Of a DNA stretch of 64,000 nucleotides, positions 51,201-59,522 are shown in pieces. A program made the translations under genes and the position numbers. The notes below the pieces were generated by a model. That model saw nothing but the letters and a program-made list of their open reading frames with translations, was not told the DNA's origin and did not search any database. The DNA is from Lytechinus pictus (Eukaryota), in contig NC_087250.1 of NCBI RefSeq assembly GCF_037042905.1, positions 9,178,001-9,242,000 of the forward strand. Direction: 5' to 3'. Each line of letters starts with the position of its first letter. The first letter of the stretch is position 1.

Positions 51201-54200
51201 ATATTGAATGAAAAGAAAGCCAAGATACGGGAGCTAAAGGATAGACCCTCTGGTAAGTTCCTTGGCCTATTCATTTTTATATTTATCATTATTTTTACTA
51301 CTATTATTATTATCATTACTATTGTTAATATTGTTATTATCATTATTATTATTATTACTAATACTATTGTTATTATTATTATCATCATTTATTATTATTA
51401 TTACTATTATTATTAGTAGTAGTATTATTATTATCTTTATTATTATTCTTCTTATGATTATTATTATTTTTGTAGTTGTTGTTAAAATCTTGAATTTCAG
51501 GATTTTTTTTTTCAATCTCCTGAATTTGTATAGGTCCATCTTTTATATATTTTATTAGATTGGACCAAAGGTGTCTTTTTTTTTAAGTTGATGTTGGCAC
51601 CTACGAAGCATCAGAGCTATTGACCGGAATATCATATCATATAAATATTAAATAAGTGAATAAATAGACAAATACATAGATAAATAAATGAATATATAAG
51701 TAAATGAATAAATAAAGTAATAAATGAAAGAATAAGTACATAAATAGATACATGATAAATAGATAAATGAATAACAAAAAAAAAATATATATAGTATATA
51801 TATATAAATGTAAACAGGCATCCACTCTTTAACATGACTACTGTGTCTTGTACCAAATACTTAGGCGAAAAAATGACAAGACGATTTGACGTTGCTGTAG
51901 ACCACAATTTAATCCGAGCTTTCGGCCTTAGGCCTTCTTCATGGGTTCTATTTTAACAATATATATATATATTATAGATATAATTATTATTTCATTCCAT
52001 AGCTGAGAGTGTTCAGATTGATAATGGTGATGAGGGATCAAACCTTGAAGAGTGGAAGGAAGAGATGAAAGGAGAAGGTGATGAATCAAATAAATAAATG
52101 TATACATAAATACATATATATATATATAAGATTATTATTTCATTCCATAGCTGAGAGTGTTCAGATTGATAATGGTGATGAGGGATCAAACCTTGAAGAG
52201 AGGAAGGAAGAGATGAAGGAAGGTGATGAATCAAATAAATAAATGTATACATAGATACATATATATATATATATATAAGATTATTATTTCATTCCATAGC
52301 TGAGAGTGTTCAGATTGATAATGGTGATGAGGGATCAAACCTTGAAGAGAGGAAGGAAGAGATGAAGGAAGGTGATGAATCAAATAAATAAATGTATACA
52401 TAGATACATATATATATATATAAGATTATTATTTCATTCCATAGCTGAGAGTGTTCAGATTGATAATGGTGATGAGGGATCAAACCTTGAAGAGAGGAAG
52501 GAAGAGATGAAGGAAGGTGATGAATCAAATAAATAAATGTATACATAGATACATATATATATATATAAGATTATTATTTCATTCCATAGCTGAGAGTGTT
52601 CAGATTGATAATGGTGATGAGGGATCAAACCTTGAAGAGAGGAAGGAAGAGATGAAGGAAGGTGATGAATCAAATAAATAAATGTATACATAGATACATA
52701 TATATATATATAAGATTATTATTTCATTCCATAGCTGAGAGTGTTCAGATTGATAATGGTGATGAGGGATCAAACCTTGAAGAGAGGAAGGAAGAGATGA
52801 AGGAAGGTGATGAATCAAATAAATAAATGTATACATAGATACATATATATATATATAAGATTATTATTTCATTCCATAGCTGAGAGTGTTCAGATTGATA
52901 ATGGTGATGAAGGATCAAACCTTGAAGAGAGGAAGGAAGAGATGAAGGAAGGTGATGAAGCAATGGATATGGAGGATGATGATACTGACGAAGAAAGACA
53001 GGTAAAACAAAAATACAAATTCTTATTTCTAAGGGCATGCAATGGTAGCTCCAATCCACACTTTAACACTCTCAACCCAGGTGCATAAATGGATGCACAT
53101 GAAATGGATACCAGGGCCCCGTCTTACAAATAGTTACGATTGATCCGATCAATCGCAACTATGGAAAGCCAGCAAATTCAACGTGTGAAAGGCATGCTTG
53201 TTCAAAAAAATTCTAGATATTTATATTATATTGGATGGCTCTGAATGGAATACCAGAAATATTCCAAGAGTTTGGGCAAATATTCCAATATTCCACTCCT
53301 CTGCGATTTGTGGAATATTGGCCCTAGCAAGTAGAATATTTCTGGTATTCCATGAAACAAAGCCATCCAATATCATTATTAACATTGCTCTACATACTAT
53401 AATAATGTATGTCCATCAATCCATTGATTTATTGACAATTTGATGTGTCCTTTGTTTACAAAGGACATTTTGCAAATTTCCTGTAAATAAAATTATGACA
53501 CTGAATGGATTTCCATAGAGTTACGATTGATCCGATCAATCTTAACTCTTTGTAAGATGGAGCCCTGGTCAGATATGAAAGCCTAATGTAGTATGCCCAT
53601 CACTTGCAAGTCAATTTGAGTCAATCGTAAGTCTGCTTGTTGTATCAACAATAGGTTGATTTGCTTTAGATAAATTTGCTCTATCACTTGTAAAATTACA
53701 ACTGAAATTTGCAATTGATTGTGGATATTGTATATTAACGACCCCATACCCGATTACTCCTTTGAGAGTGGAGAAAGTGCATGCATAGGTAATAGGCAAG
53801 CCAGGATTCGATGACTGGTAATAATTCATCTGTAAAGCACCTATGGGCATCATTCTATTGTATTAAGCAATATGTAAAAGCAGAATATTATTGGTATTAC
53901 AATTGATGGTGGAGGTGATAGGGCGGAGGGGGTGTCTAGGGGACCATAAGATGAAGTCATTTATTTTGAGTTATTTAAATTGAGTATTCATTCATTTCCT
54001 CTAGCATACATGTACTTGTAAGAGGGATGTTATAGGGTTACAGGGCCACTATCTCCCATTTTAGGCACTTTCCCCGCTTCTGTCTTCCTTTTTTTCCCAC
54101 TGCTTCCCCCCCCCCCTCTTTTTTCACTACTCAGGAAATCATGAGGAGGGAGGGGAGAAGGTGTTGGTTTTTTTTAATAGTATTGTTTTTCAAAAAAATG

Positions 54201-57200
54201 TGTAATGAAATAAGACCCTGTGGTAAATTCCAAGTGGTATTGCTGTTTGGCTCAGTTGGTAGAAAGACATTAAAGGATAGGAGTTGCTGCTACCCTGTTT
54301 GGCGTTCATCGATTCAAGGGATAGAGCAACATCAATCTTGGGCGACTCAGTGGCAGCCGGACCCATGATCAATTGGGCTCAATGGATTTTCAGAGGGGCA
54401 ATTCCATAAAATATCTACATCCGACCCCCTATATGTGGGACCTCCATGAAATTTTCTGTCTCTGATTTCTTGTTCTTTTGACAGTCTGTAATGTTCTCAA
54501 AGGACCATGACTTGGTCAATTTATGAAGTGAAATTAGACTTGAGAAAAATGGTGGTCGGACGTACAAAAGGGTTGATCATTTTATGGAATTGCCCACTGT
54601 ATTTCTATTTCGAACAATAAAATATGAATTTTGTTTGTTTGCTGTTGTAGAGAGAGGAATCATTTCGCAAGAGGAAGAAGAGGACGGCAGCTCTAACACA
54701 AAGCAAGACCAAACACACGGATGATTCTAGTATGTTTGATGATGAGCAACCAGAAGAAACAACCACGACAAGGTGCATGGACTTTATTTTAATAAGACAA
54801 GGGGGGGGGGGGGGCTGCTGGAAAGAACACCCTGTCACACAGTATGATCACAGTGTGTTCATATACTATGTGGAAATATTATTCACACCGTTGAAATGCT
54901 CAAATTTAACCGAGTGAAGATATTTTCACACTGTGGACACCTCCACAGTATGACTGTTCACAGTGTGTTCACATACTATGTGAAAATATTATTCACACCG
55001 TTGAAATGCTCAAATTCAACAGTGTGAAGTTATGTTCACACTGCGGACACCTCCACAGTATGACTGTTCACATACTATGAAAAAATATTATTCACACTGT
55101 AGAAATGCTCAAATTCAGCAGAGTGAAGATATTTTCACATTGTGGACACCTCCAGAGTATGACTGTTCACAGTGTGTTCACGTATTATGTGAAAATATAT
55201 GCTCAAATTTAACAGTGTGAAGATATTTTCACATTGTGGACACCTCCAGAGTATGACTGTTCAGTGTGTTCACGTATTATGTGAAAATATATGCTCAAAT
55301 TTAACAGTGTGAAGATATTTTCACATTTTGGACACCTCCAGAGTATGACTGTTCACAGTGTGTTCACGTATTATGTGAAAATATATGCTCAAATTTAACA
55401 GTGTGAAGATATTTTCACATTTTTGACACCTCCACAGTATGATTGTTCAGTGTGTTCACATACTATGTGAAAATATTTTAAACACTGTTGAAATGCTCAA
55501 ATTCAGCAGAGTGAAGATATCTTCACACTGTAGACACCTTCACAGTATGACTATTCACAGTCTGCTCATATATTCGACTTTGTAAAAGTATTATTCACAC
55601 TGTTGAAATGCTCAAATTTAACAGTGGGAAGATATTTTCACACTGTGGACACTTCAACAGCGTAACTGTTCACAGTGTGTTCACATGGTTGACTATGTGA
55701 TTCACACTGTTGAAATGCTCAAATTCAACAGTGAAGGTGATTGCACATCGTGTTCCACACTGTGAACACACTCTTGCACACACTTTGTGAAACTGTGTTC
55801 TTTCCAGTAGGGGGTGTTCACCAAGAATTAAGTGTGACTTAAGGCCACCACACACCTTACGACTGTTGGCGATGCGATTTCGGAACAAATCGCATTTTGC
55901 TCATTTTCTGAAAATGTGAATGGACCATATCATTTTATTTGAGGTTAAAATTAATGAAAAGAATACTAATATAACCATTTTGAAAGACTGTGAGCGTTTA
56001 TTTCGGAGTAAAGGCCAAATTAGTTTCAAATCGTAGCCAATCGTACGATGGCTATGACGTCATTACGACTAGATATTAAATTCGCTTTTACTCTAAGAAG
56101 GATGATGGCATAGTCACAGATTTGAACATATGAATTCATACGATGATTTAGAACATTACACAGTAAGATATTTCAAGTCTCAATATTAGCATCAAATTCT
56201 ACTACCTTTTATCCTGAAATCGGGTCGCAGACCAATCGTAAGGTGTGCGGTCGCCTTTAGGGTTGCACTTAGGTTTCAGTTGCGTGCATTATATAGACAT
56301 CACTGCATAGGTCAGCTCATGCCAAGAGGATTTGCACTTTTGCATCTTGATCAATTAGATAGTGCGTTGAAATTCAAGCATGACTGTAAGTCATATTTAA
56401 CTTTTTGTGAAACTGGGGCCAGTTGCAGTAAGAGTTGCAATCAAATGCAACTCAAAAAATGAAACGCAACTTAACATTTATCTAATGAAATGTGTGTGTG
56501 AGGGGCTTGTGCCTCATTTTCTTCTGTTGCGTTCAAACGAAAATCTTTATGTAACGGGCCCTTGATCAGCATTAACAACAACGCATGACAGATATACTGT
56601 AAACATTTTTACCATAAGGCCCTATACCCTATGGTGAAAAAGTATTGCGTTTATAGTGAATGCCTAAAACCTTATACCTAAAAGCCTTATGCTTAAAGAT
56701 CTCATATGCTTTCAAACCTTATGCTTAAAGATCTCATATGTTTTCAAACCTTATGTTTAAACAACTCTCTTTAGAAAACTTAACATGATTGATAAAGAAT
56801 GAGGTTATCATATATTAGTTGTCAGAAGAGCCTATCAAAAAACCTATGCTAAAGAAATAAACTGATGGCATATGCTTATAAAGCTCGTACTTAAAAATTT
56901 GTATTCTTCAAATTATCTTACAGGAGAAGAAAACGGGAGACCACGTCGAGGAAGACCGCTAGTAGCCAGAAAACTGCCATTCCAAGAGTGCCTTCAGGAG
57001 GGTAAGACATTCCTTTCTTTTATTAACCCTTTGTGTGCTGATGTTGCAATTTTGCACATTCGCACAATTAAATTCAACAATCCTAATAATTAGTTCCCTC
57101 CCCCACCATCAAATTAGATAAACTAATAAAAGGCAAAGGCTCTTGAATAACATCTATGTAATAATAATGATTATCAATGGTGCAATATGGAAATCTTCAA

Positions 57201-58329
57201 TTCAAAGAAAATAACATGGAAACAATTGTCATTATTATCCCTCCAAAATTCAGCGTGCAAAGAGTTAAAATACAAGTCCTAGGACAAGGCTACTTTTCTA
57301 TTCAATTCAATTCATTTATTTGGCATCCTTTAAAAACATACAAACATATGTACAAGTATACAACAACAAAGGAGTAAAAGAATTTATATCACAGTATAAG
57401 CAATAAAAACGGTAGAAATATAAAAGAAATGAAAAGAAAATGTAGTGGATGTAGGAAGTCAGAAAGGCCATTGACCTGTCAAAGCCAACTCCCTTGATTA
57501 CTACATTATGGTACGATTAAAACACAAATAGAATAGTGGCAAAAAAATATCAGACACAAACATATCGACATCGACCCCCCCCCCCACTTTAGATAGGCAG
57601 TTGGAATTATATCTTAACTGTAAGTAGACGGTTGGTTTTGTTTCAATCTACGTTTCAATGATGAGAATGTAACAGACAATTTTAAAGTAAATTATTCCAC
57701 AAGTTTGGTCCTTTATAGCGAATTGGAAAATTAGAAAGTGTATAATGAAAGAGCGGTATATATAATTCTATGAAGTACAGTTAAAAGAAGCAAAAGGGAT
57801 CTTTGGTAAATCTTCCTTGAATCTTCTGTGGTGTATTGCAAATATGAAAAAGCCACTCTGATTGGTTCCCTTTCAGTGTATTTAACAAATTGAGCATGCA
57901 ACAAGGATCTTGATTGGTCCTTGATAGCAAAATCTTTAAGTTACTGAGGTCTGAACAAGTTATTCCTTTATGAGGGAGTTTGGATTGCATTGGATTGTGG
58001 ACTTCTTTTTATTTATTCCTGTAACAGTGGTGATCTGATATTTTCCCCTATTTACACTGGAAACAAATGTAAAAACAAAAAAAAATAATTGAAACGTAAT
58101 CGAACTGAATCTATTCAAATTGAATTGAACTATTTTTTACTTAAATTCAGAATCTTAGCCTTAATCTGAGATTCTTGTTCAACTTTTATTTTGCTTTTCT
58201 CTTTTAAGGACACCTTCAACCTCCCGTACCCCCTCAACGTCGAGGACGCCCTCTATCAGGAAAACTCCATCACGAGAGAAGAGTCAGAGAGAGACGGATA
58301 ATGTTGATGATCTTTTAGACGAGTTCTAA
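21151..58329 (+). CDS. XRCC4: DNA repair protein XRCC4, spliced CDS join(21151-21295,23699-23814,25403-25462,26889-27053,50617-50673,51192-51252,52880-53001,54651-54772,56924-57001,58209-58329), 1047 nt / 348 aa
   Basis: Ten GT-AG exons with matching phases give one open frame. It carries recognisable XRCC4 segments: head (AWTGT...LTRKGLT...ELSWKK...FQIGKVMLEAV), stalk/ligase IV-binding ESDLYGKFAVILNEKKAKIREL, acidic DDTDEE, basic RKRKKR/RRRKR and C-terminal VDDLLDEF*. Confidence 0.92.
21333..21890. mobile_element. TTAA-flanked MITE (family also at ~62073-62670)
   Basis: Termini TTAAAGGGGAATCCAACC / GGTTGGATTTCCCTTTAA; body colinear with the 62-kb copy. Confidence 0.8.
22638..23220. mobile_element. 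TIR element with CCC/GGG termini
   Basis: CCC(A)GGGGGGCCACTTACATTGACGAGTGGATACCATGCG / CGCATGGTATCCAATCGTCAATGGAAGTGCCCC...GGG. Confidence 0.75.
23699..23814 (+). CDS. XRCC4: XRCC4 coding exon 2 (FGDIEENAKRIDLDEEELIDLTRKGLTRQNMGAINFEYQ)
   Basis: Polypyrimidine tract and TAG acceptor, donor GTGAGT at 23815, phase 1 to 0. Confidence 0.88.
23815..24425. repeat. (GAT)n/(AAT)n microsatellite field containing two extra copies of the 3' end and donor of XRCC4 coding exon 2
   Basis: ACCCGACAAAACAT...AATTTTGAATACCAG|GTGAGT with GT at 23815, 23981 and 24123. Confidence 0.9.
25403..25462 (+). CDS. XRCC4: XRCC4 coding exon 3 (IISLKNNVELSWKKVVSSVK)
   Basis: CAG acceptor, GTAATA donor, phase 0 to 0; LSWKK matches the XRCC4 head strand. 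Confidence 0.85.
25745..26337. mobile_element. TTAA-flanked MITE
   Basis: TTAAAGGAGAATGAAACCCTTG / CAAGAGTTTCATTCTCCTTTAA with long imperfect inverted arms. Confidence 0.8.
26595..26850 (+). mobile_element. tRNA-derived SINE (family also at ~54245-54625)
   Basis: A box TGGCTCAGTTGG, B box GGTTCAAACC; 3' end TCTATTTCGAACAATAAAATATG shared with 54604-54626. Confidence 0.75.
26889..27053 (+). CDS. XRCC4: XRCC4 coding exon 4 (FQIGKVMLEAVSSPPEAIKDILLHSIQTITDLKGSIYRLESEKDRISNERTQALK)
   Basis: CAG acceptor, GTATGT donor, phase 0 to 0; end of head and start of the coiled-coil stalk. Confidence 0.9.
27125..27425. mobile_element. MITE, Harbinger-like termini (family also at 59523-59834)
   Basis: TIR GGCCCGTATTCTGAAGTCGGGTTTAACTTA. 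Confidence 0.82.
27536..27890 (-). mobile_element. Full-length tRNA-derived SINE with L2-like tail
   Basis: A/B boxes (TGGTGTAGCGG, GTTCGAATCC), CCACCCAGGTG core, tail AAGCGCTTAGAGAC...AGCGCTATATAAAT; flanking direct repeat AGGAAGAG at 27528-27535 and 27891-27898. Confidence 0.88.
29774..30069. mobile_element. MITE (family also at 54396-54595)
   Basis: TIR GGGCAATTCCATAAAAT / ATTTTATG(A/G)AATTGCCC; shared body. Confidence 0.75.
30401..30795. mobile_element. hAT-like MITE
   Basis: TIR CAGGGTGCTACAT / ATGTAGCACCCTG; subterminal CTTGCCC/GGGCAAG repeats. Confidence 0.75.
31226..31615. mobile_element. TTAA-flanked MITE (interrupted copy at 36653-38443)
   Basis: Colinear with 36653-36706 plus 38113-38443. 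Confidence 0.7.
31890..32820 (+). repeat. ~0.9-kb polypyrimidine (C/T) low-complexity tract
   Basis: Strongly C/T-rich on the + strand. Confidence 0.9.
32923..33287 (+). CDS. Cassette exon A: PPEIKPEPASSPSP followed by degenerate STVPGP/STAPGL hexapeptide repeats
   Basis: TGCAG acceptor (AG 32921-32922), donor GTAGGT at 33288; the 18-bp repeats keep the frame open. Confidence 0.75.
32923..39810 (+). CDS. Intronic three-exon cassette join(32923-33287,36206-36619,39390-39810), 1200 nt / 399 aa: S/T/P repeat linker + Myb/SANT-like domain + charged/Gln-rich tail; alternative 3' end of XRCC4 or a nested gene
   Basis: All junctions are GT-AG with matching phases (0-2, 2-2, 2-stop) and join into one stop-free frame. 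Confidence 0.8.
33505..34330. repeat. Diverged tandem repeat, ~190-bp unit, about 4 copies
   Basis: Recurring CATAACTT.GAAAGT..ATGGA.CT..TTCAT.AAACTTGG...TGACCAAGGTCA...AAGGTCAATGAACTT. Confidence 0.8.
34540..36330 (+). repeat. 9-unit diverged tandem array (182-210 bp) spanning the acceptor and 5' part of the Myb/SANT exon
   Basis: Acceptor-equivalent dinucleotides at 34631, 34831 (TG), 35033, 35243, 35450, 35649, 35839, 36021, 36204. Confidence 0.88.
36206..36619 (+). CDS. Cassette exon B: Myb/SANT-like (Harbinger-associated type) DNA-binding domain
   Basis: W-x4-DLHLVREV...PF...RGNAWEEVA...VDKRAVRDR followed by an acidic helix; TAG acceptor at 36204-36205, donor GTAGGG at 36620. Confidence 0.8.
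36707..37494. mobile_element. piggyBac-like MITE nested in another MITE
   Basis: TTAA-CCCTAA...GGCCGGG / CCCGGCC...TTAGGG-TTAA. Confidence 0.8.
37499..38114. mobile_element. TIR element rich in TCTTTCA/TGAAAGA motifs
   Basis: Termini CCCATTCCA / TGGAATGGG; adjacent to the preceding MITE inside the same host element. Confidence 0.65.
39140..39335 (+). mobile_element. 5'-truncated SINE
   Basis: TTTCCTTCAGCAAGAAA...GCTGCACTC.ACCCAGGTGAGGTGAATGG core shared with the SINEs at ~46540 and ~49692. Confidence 0.75.
39390..39810 (+). CDS. Cassette exon C (terminal): basic/charged coiled coil and poly-Gln tract ending MMMAVLNPSSQRGRRKPTAQ*
   Basis: TTTTTTTTCCTTTGCAG acceptor, phase 2, in frame with ORF 39466-39810. 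Confidence 0.78.
41490..44787 (+). mobile_element. L2/CR1-group LINE, probably 5'-truncated, with intact ORF2 and a short 3' UTR ending in (TAT)n
   Basis: 1018-aa ORF; 3' motif AAGCGCTTAGAGAC...AAGCGCTATATAAAT followed by TTATTATTAT; no ORF1 seen. Confidence 0.9.
41571..44627 (+). CDS. LINE ORF2: apurinic-like endonuclease + reverse transcriptase
   Basis: APE motifs WNARS, LTETW, GDFN, TLDL, SDH; RT motifs YRPVSNL, LLDYSAAFDTV, GVPQGSVIGP, YADD; no stops. Confidence 0.95.
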   Translation: MYSRAELLDLRCMHRIDPCTWKAITTLGISSRRPRHRGFKGGRRIRRHAETFNKASNSSQDHSVPSLGSGHCHMVLWNARSLKKKMHMVTDLVMSQHVDILALTETWLTGDERDGRVLSDFSNDLPSHQFISSPRIKRSGGGVGVCLHRNFTILGKDFGTLESFEYLNVLISAEHQKPLRLVVIYRPQRTIDRRSTSSIFLDEFATFLEGLASEPNHLVICGDFNFHVNDDRDREAVLFLDLISSANLIQHIDFPTHRKGHTLDLILTRASDDVISNVSSSNFLPSDHSSVSCQLNVKKPDSIKIEISFRKLKDIDIQAFREDILESELYRSPAYDLEQQVVQYNMVLQDLLDKHAPLITRCVTARPHSRWFTDDLRKSKQRVRRLERRYRHSKAEIDRQILKDECRLYSNQLAEAKTEYYSEQLDDCDAHQLFQRVDHLSSTSARKVLPSDDDPHRSLADRFSNFFSVKIDVLVRSLESLPSSNLDHVNFRSTHHRFNAFSPVTQGQVHRVIKESRSTSTRLDPIPTWLLKNCINELTPVITAIVNASLINGHFPDSLKHAHVTPLLKSTKLSSDDLKSYRPVSNLQFLGKTVERLVLKQLQEYLSEHNLYSEKQSGYRPHHSCETALLRVSNDILLSLDKGDEAILLLLDYSAAFDTVSHDALLSRLHERFGLDNSALEWFRSYLANRTQSVFVNGSESIVSFSNFGVPQGSVIGPIAFTLFSSPLEDVIKHHGISCMTYADDTQIYLVLKKEDHAVALQRLSACFTDIKNWSIQNGLKLNERKTECLHFVSRHRTCSPIGDISFDGTNIECSAAARNLGVMFDNNMSLKTHVNNVCKSASFALHKIGSIRQFLTKKTTQRLVQALVMSRIDFCNSLLYGLPDTQINKLQRIQNSAARLIAKRRSRESVTPLLRELHMLRVRERIDFKILLLTFQCLIKSAPVYLQQLISEYSPSRNLRSCKKSLLKVPAINTQSYGSRSFCSASPQLWNNLPQSIKQADSTDKFKSMLKTHLFVK
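45394..45947. mobile_element. TTAA-flanked MITE (family also at 49883-50486)
   Basis: TTAAAGGTCAAGTCCACCC / GGGGTGGAC.TGTCCTTTAA; colinear bodies. Confidence 0.85.
46540..46835 (+). mobile_element. tRNA-derived SINE
   Basis: TGGCCCAGTGG A box, GGTTCAAATCC B box, CCCAGGTGAGG core, (TAT)n tail. Confidence 0.85.
47975..48108. mobile_element. Short palindromic MITE
   Basis: AGGGGCCCGTAACACAAAG / CTTTGTGGTACGGACCCCT. Confidence 0.7.
48217..48631. mobile_element. hAT-like MITE
   Basis: TIR CAGTGCTTCCACT / AGTGGAAGCACTG with 8-bp TSD GTAGAGAG. Confidence 0.88.
48790..49027. mobile_element. piggyBac-like MITE
   Basis: TTAA-CTCTTCGCATGCTGA / TCAACGCGCGAAGGG-TTAA. Confidence 0.65.
49692..49882 (+). 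mobile_element. tRNA-derived SINE
   Basis: Same head and core as 46540-46835. Confidence 0.8.
49883..50486. mobile_element. TTAA-flanked MITE inserted near the 3' end of a SINE
   Basis: Same termini and body as 45394-45947. Confidence 0.85.
50617..50673 (+). CDS. XRCC4: XRCC4 coding exon 5 (RLEKCVVQKEQIESDLYGK)
   Basis: Strong pyrimidine tract and CAG, GTAATT donor, phase 0 to 0; conserved stalk sequence. Confidence 0.9.
51192..51252 (+). CDS. XRCC4: XRCC4 coding exon 6 (FAVILNEKKAKIRELKDRPS)
   Basis: LNEKKxKIR hallmark of the ligase IV-binding region; CAG acceptor, GTAAGT donor, phase 0 to 1. Confidence 0.92.
51270..51482. repeat. (TAT)n microsatellite
   Basis: Degenerate ATT/TAT trinucleotide run. 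Confidence 0.85.
51960..52960 (+). repeat. 7-unit near-identical tandem array (145-149 bp) spanning the acceptor and 5' part of XRCC4 coding exon 7
   Basis: TTTCATTCCATAG|CTGAGAGTG with exon starts at 52003, 52151, 52300, 52445, 52590, 52735, 52880. Confidence 0.93.
52880..53001 (+). CDS. XRCC4: XRCC4 coding exon 7 (AESVQIDNGDEGSNLEERKEEMKEGDEAMDMEDDDTDEERQ)
   Basis: Only complete copy in a 7-unit tandem array; TAG acceptor, GTAAAA donor, phase 1 to 0; DTDEE resembles the CK2/FHA-binding TDEE motif of vertebrate XRCC4. Confidence 0.82.
53113..53567. mobile_element. MITE with a nested palindromic insert (~53225-53380)
   Basis: AGGGCCCCGTCTTACAAA.AGTTACGATTGATC / GATCAATCTTAACTCTTTGTAAGATGGAGCCCT. 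Confidence 0.7.
54651..54772 (+). CDS. XRCC4: XRCC4 coding exon 8 (REESFRKRKKRTAAL...EETTTT)
   Basis: TAG acceptor, GTGCAT donor, phase 0 to 2; basic NLS-like cluster. Confidence 0.78.
54830..55770. repeat. Tandem repeat, ~90-110-bp unit, about 9 copies
   Basis: Recurring ATGCTCAAATT.AACAGTGTGAAGATATTTTCACA.TGTGGACACCTCCA.AGTATGACTGTTCACAGTGTGTTCAC. Confidence 0.88.
55840..56259. mobile_element. MITE (related partial copy ~44830-45208)
   Basis: AGGCCACCACACACCTTACGA / TCGTAAGGTGTGCGGTCGCCT. Confidence 0.75.
56924..57001 (+). CDS. XRCC4: XRCC4 coding exon 9 (RRRKRETTSRKTASSQKTAIPRVPSG)
   Basis: CAG acceptor, GTAAGA donor, phase 2 to 2. Confidence 0.78.
57026..57264. mobile_element. piggyBac-like MITE
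   Basis: TTAA-CCCTTTGTGTGCTGA / TCAGCGTGCAAAGAG-TTAA. Confidence 0.65.
58209..58329 (+). CDS. XRCC4: XRCC4 terminal coding exon (GTPSTSRTPSTSRTPSIRKTPSREKSQRETDNVDDLLDEF*)
   Basis: Long pyrimidine tract and AAG acceptor, phase 2; the C-terminal DDLLDEF resembles the vertebrate EDLFDEI terminus; TAA at 58327-58329. Confidence 0.82.
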
Positions 58330-59096
58330 ACCAGATACTTTGAAAAGTAGTTATATGTATGCAATTCTTAAAGCCCCAGATGCCAAAAATTATCTATTCA
58401 AATTCTGTACGCTATTATGTGAATGTGATTGTTCTAAAAATTAATGATTTCCTAAAATTATTGTTATTTATATGACACCTAGATTGATCCTTGTCATTTG
58501 ATTGGTTGGTCCATATCGATCATTCAGCCCATCTTACAATGACGTCATCAACCTTGCAATTTTGGATCCATACAATTTTTCCATTGCACGCACGCACCCA
58601 GACTGTAGCGGGCATGTTGTATGTCTGTGATAATCGACATACCAAGCTCACACTGCATGAGGTTGTTTAGCATTGAAACTCACAAATTCCATATGAAAAG
58701 GAATCTATTTTTAGGTGTCATATAAACAAAAAAATGAATGTTCTTTTCATTCGTACAATGGACAGACTACTTTAGGGTCAAAATTGAAATGAATGATCCA
58801 TTCGACTTGGCTACACCTCGTTGAATGGATCATTGCATCTTTCACCTCATGAAGTATTCTCTCCATTGCACTCATAAACCATTCATTATAGAGAGCTGCC
58901 GTTAGAAAAATGCATATGTTCACTTATTTTACTTATTTGTGTGTATTGTGCCTTATATGCCCACAATTCGAATGAGGTTATGAGAAATACATACATATTT
59001 CAATATATCAGAAAAACTTTAGAATCCCCATGTTGGCATTCATATTCCAGCACAATGTAAAGTCATGATGTGACTCCAAGTTACTTTACTTGTAGA

Positions 59097-59370
59097 TGTG
59101 TTGTGGCCGGCTCAGTGGATAAGTCTTCGGACTTTGAACCACAAGGTCCGGGGTTCAAATCCCACCGCAGCACTAGCGTCCTTTGGCAAGGCGTTTATTT
59201 ACATTTGCCACTCTGGACCCAGGTGTAGTGAATTGGCACCCGGTAGGAAGGAATTCCTTGAATGCTCGATGCGCCCGATCAGGGTAGCTGTGCTAAGGCC
59301 AGGGTAATAGTATGCAGCGCTTAGAAACACTTGTATCAAGCGCTTTATAAATGTTGCATATTATTATTAT
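59097..59370 (+). mobile_element. tRNA-derived SINE with L2-like tail
   Basis: GGCTCAGTGG, GGTTCAAATCC, CCCAGGTG core, tail AGCGCTTAGAAAC...AAGCGCTTTATAAAT then (TAT)n. Confidence 0.85.
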
Positions 59371-59522
59371 CCATCTTTATAAAACTCACCCAAGATATTC
59401 ATAATTTTAATCTAAAATGTAGAGAATGATATTGTCACAATTCTTACACACCCACACACTCACACACACAAAGGAGGAGTAAACTGACCAGCCCAATTGT
59501 GGTATCATTGACTGGATACATA

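Noticed and set aside
51960..52960. Regular repeat array resembling CRISPR
   Set aside because: Whole units are near-identical with no unique spacers, there are no cas genes, and the context is a eukaryotic intron
54830..55770. Second array resembling CRISPR or a coding repeat
   Set aside because: Plain diverged tandem satellite with variable unit length, no spacers and no sustained ORF
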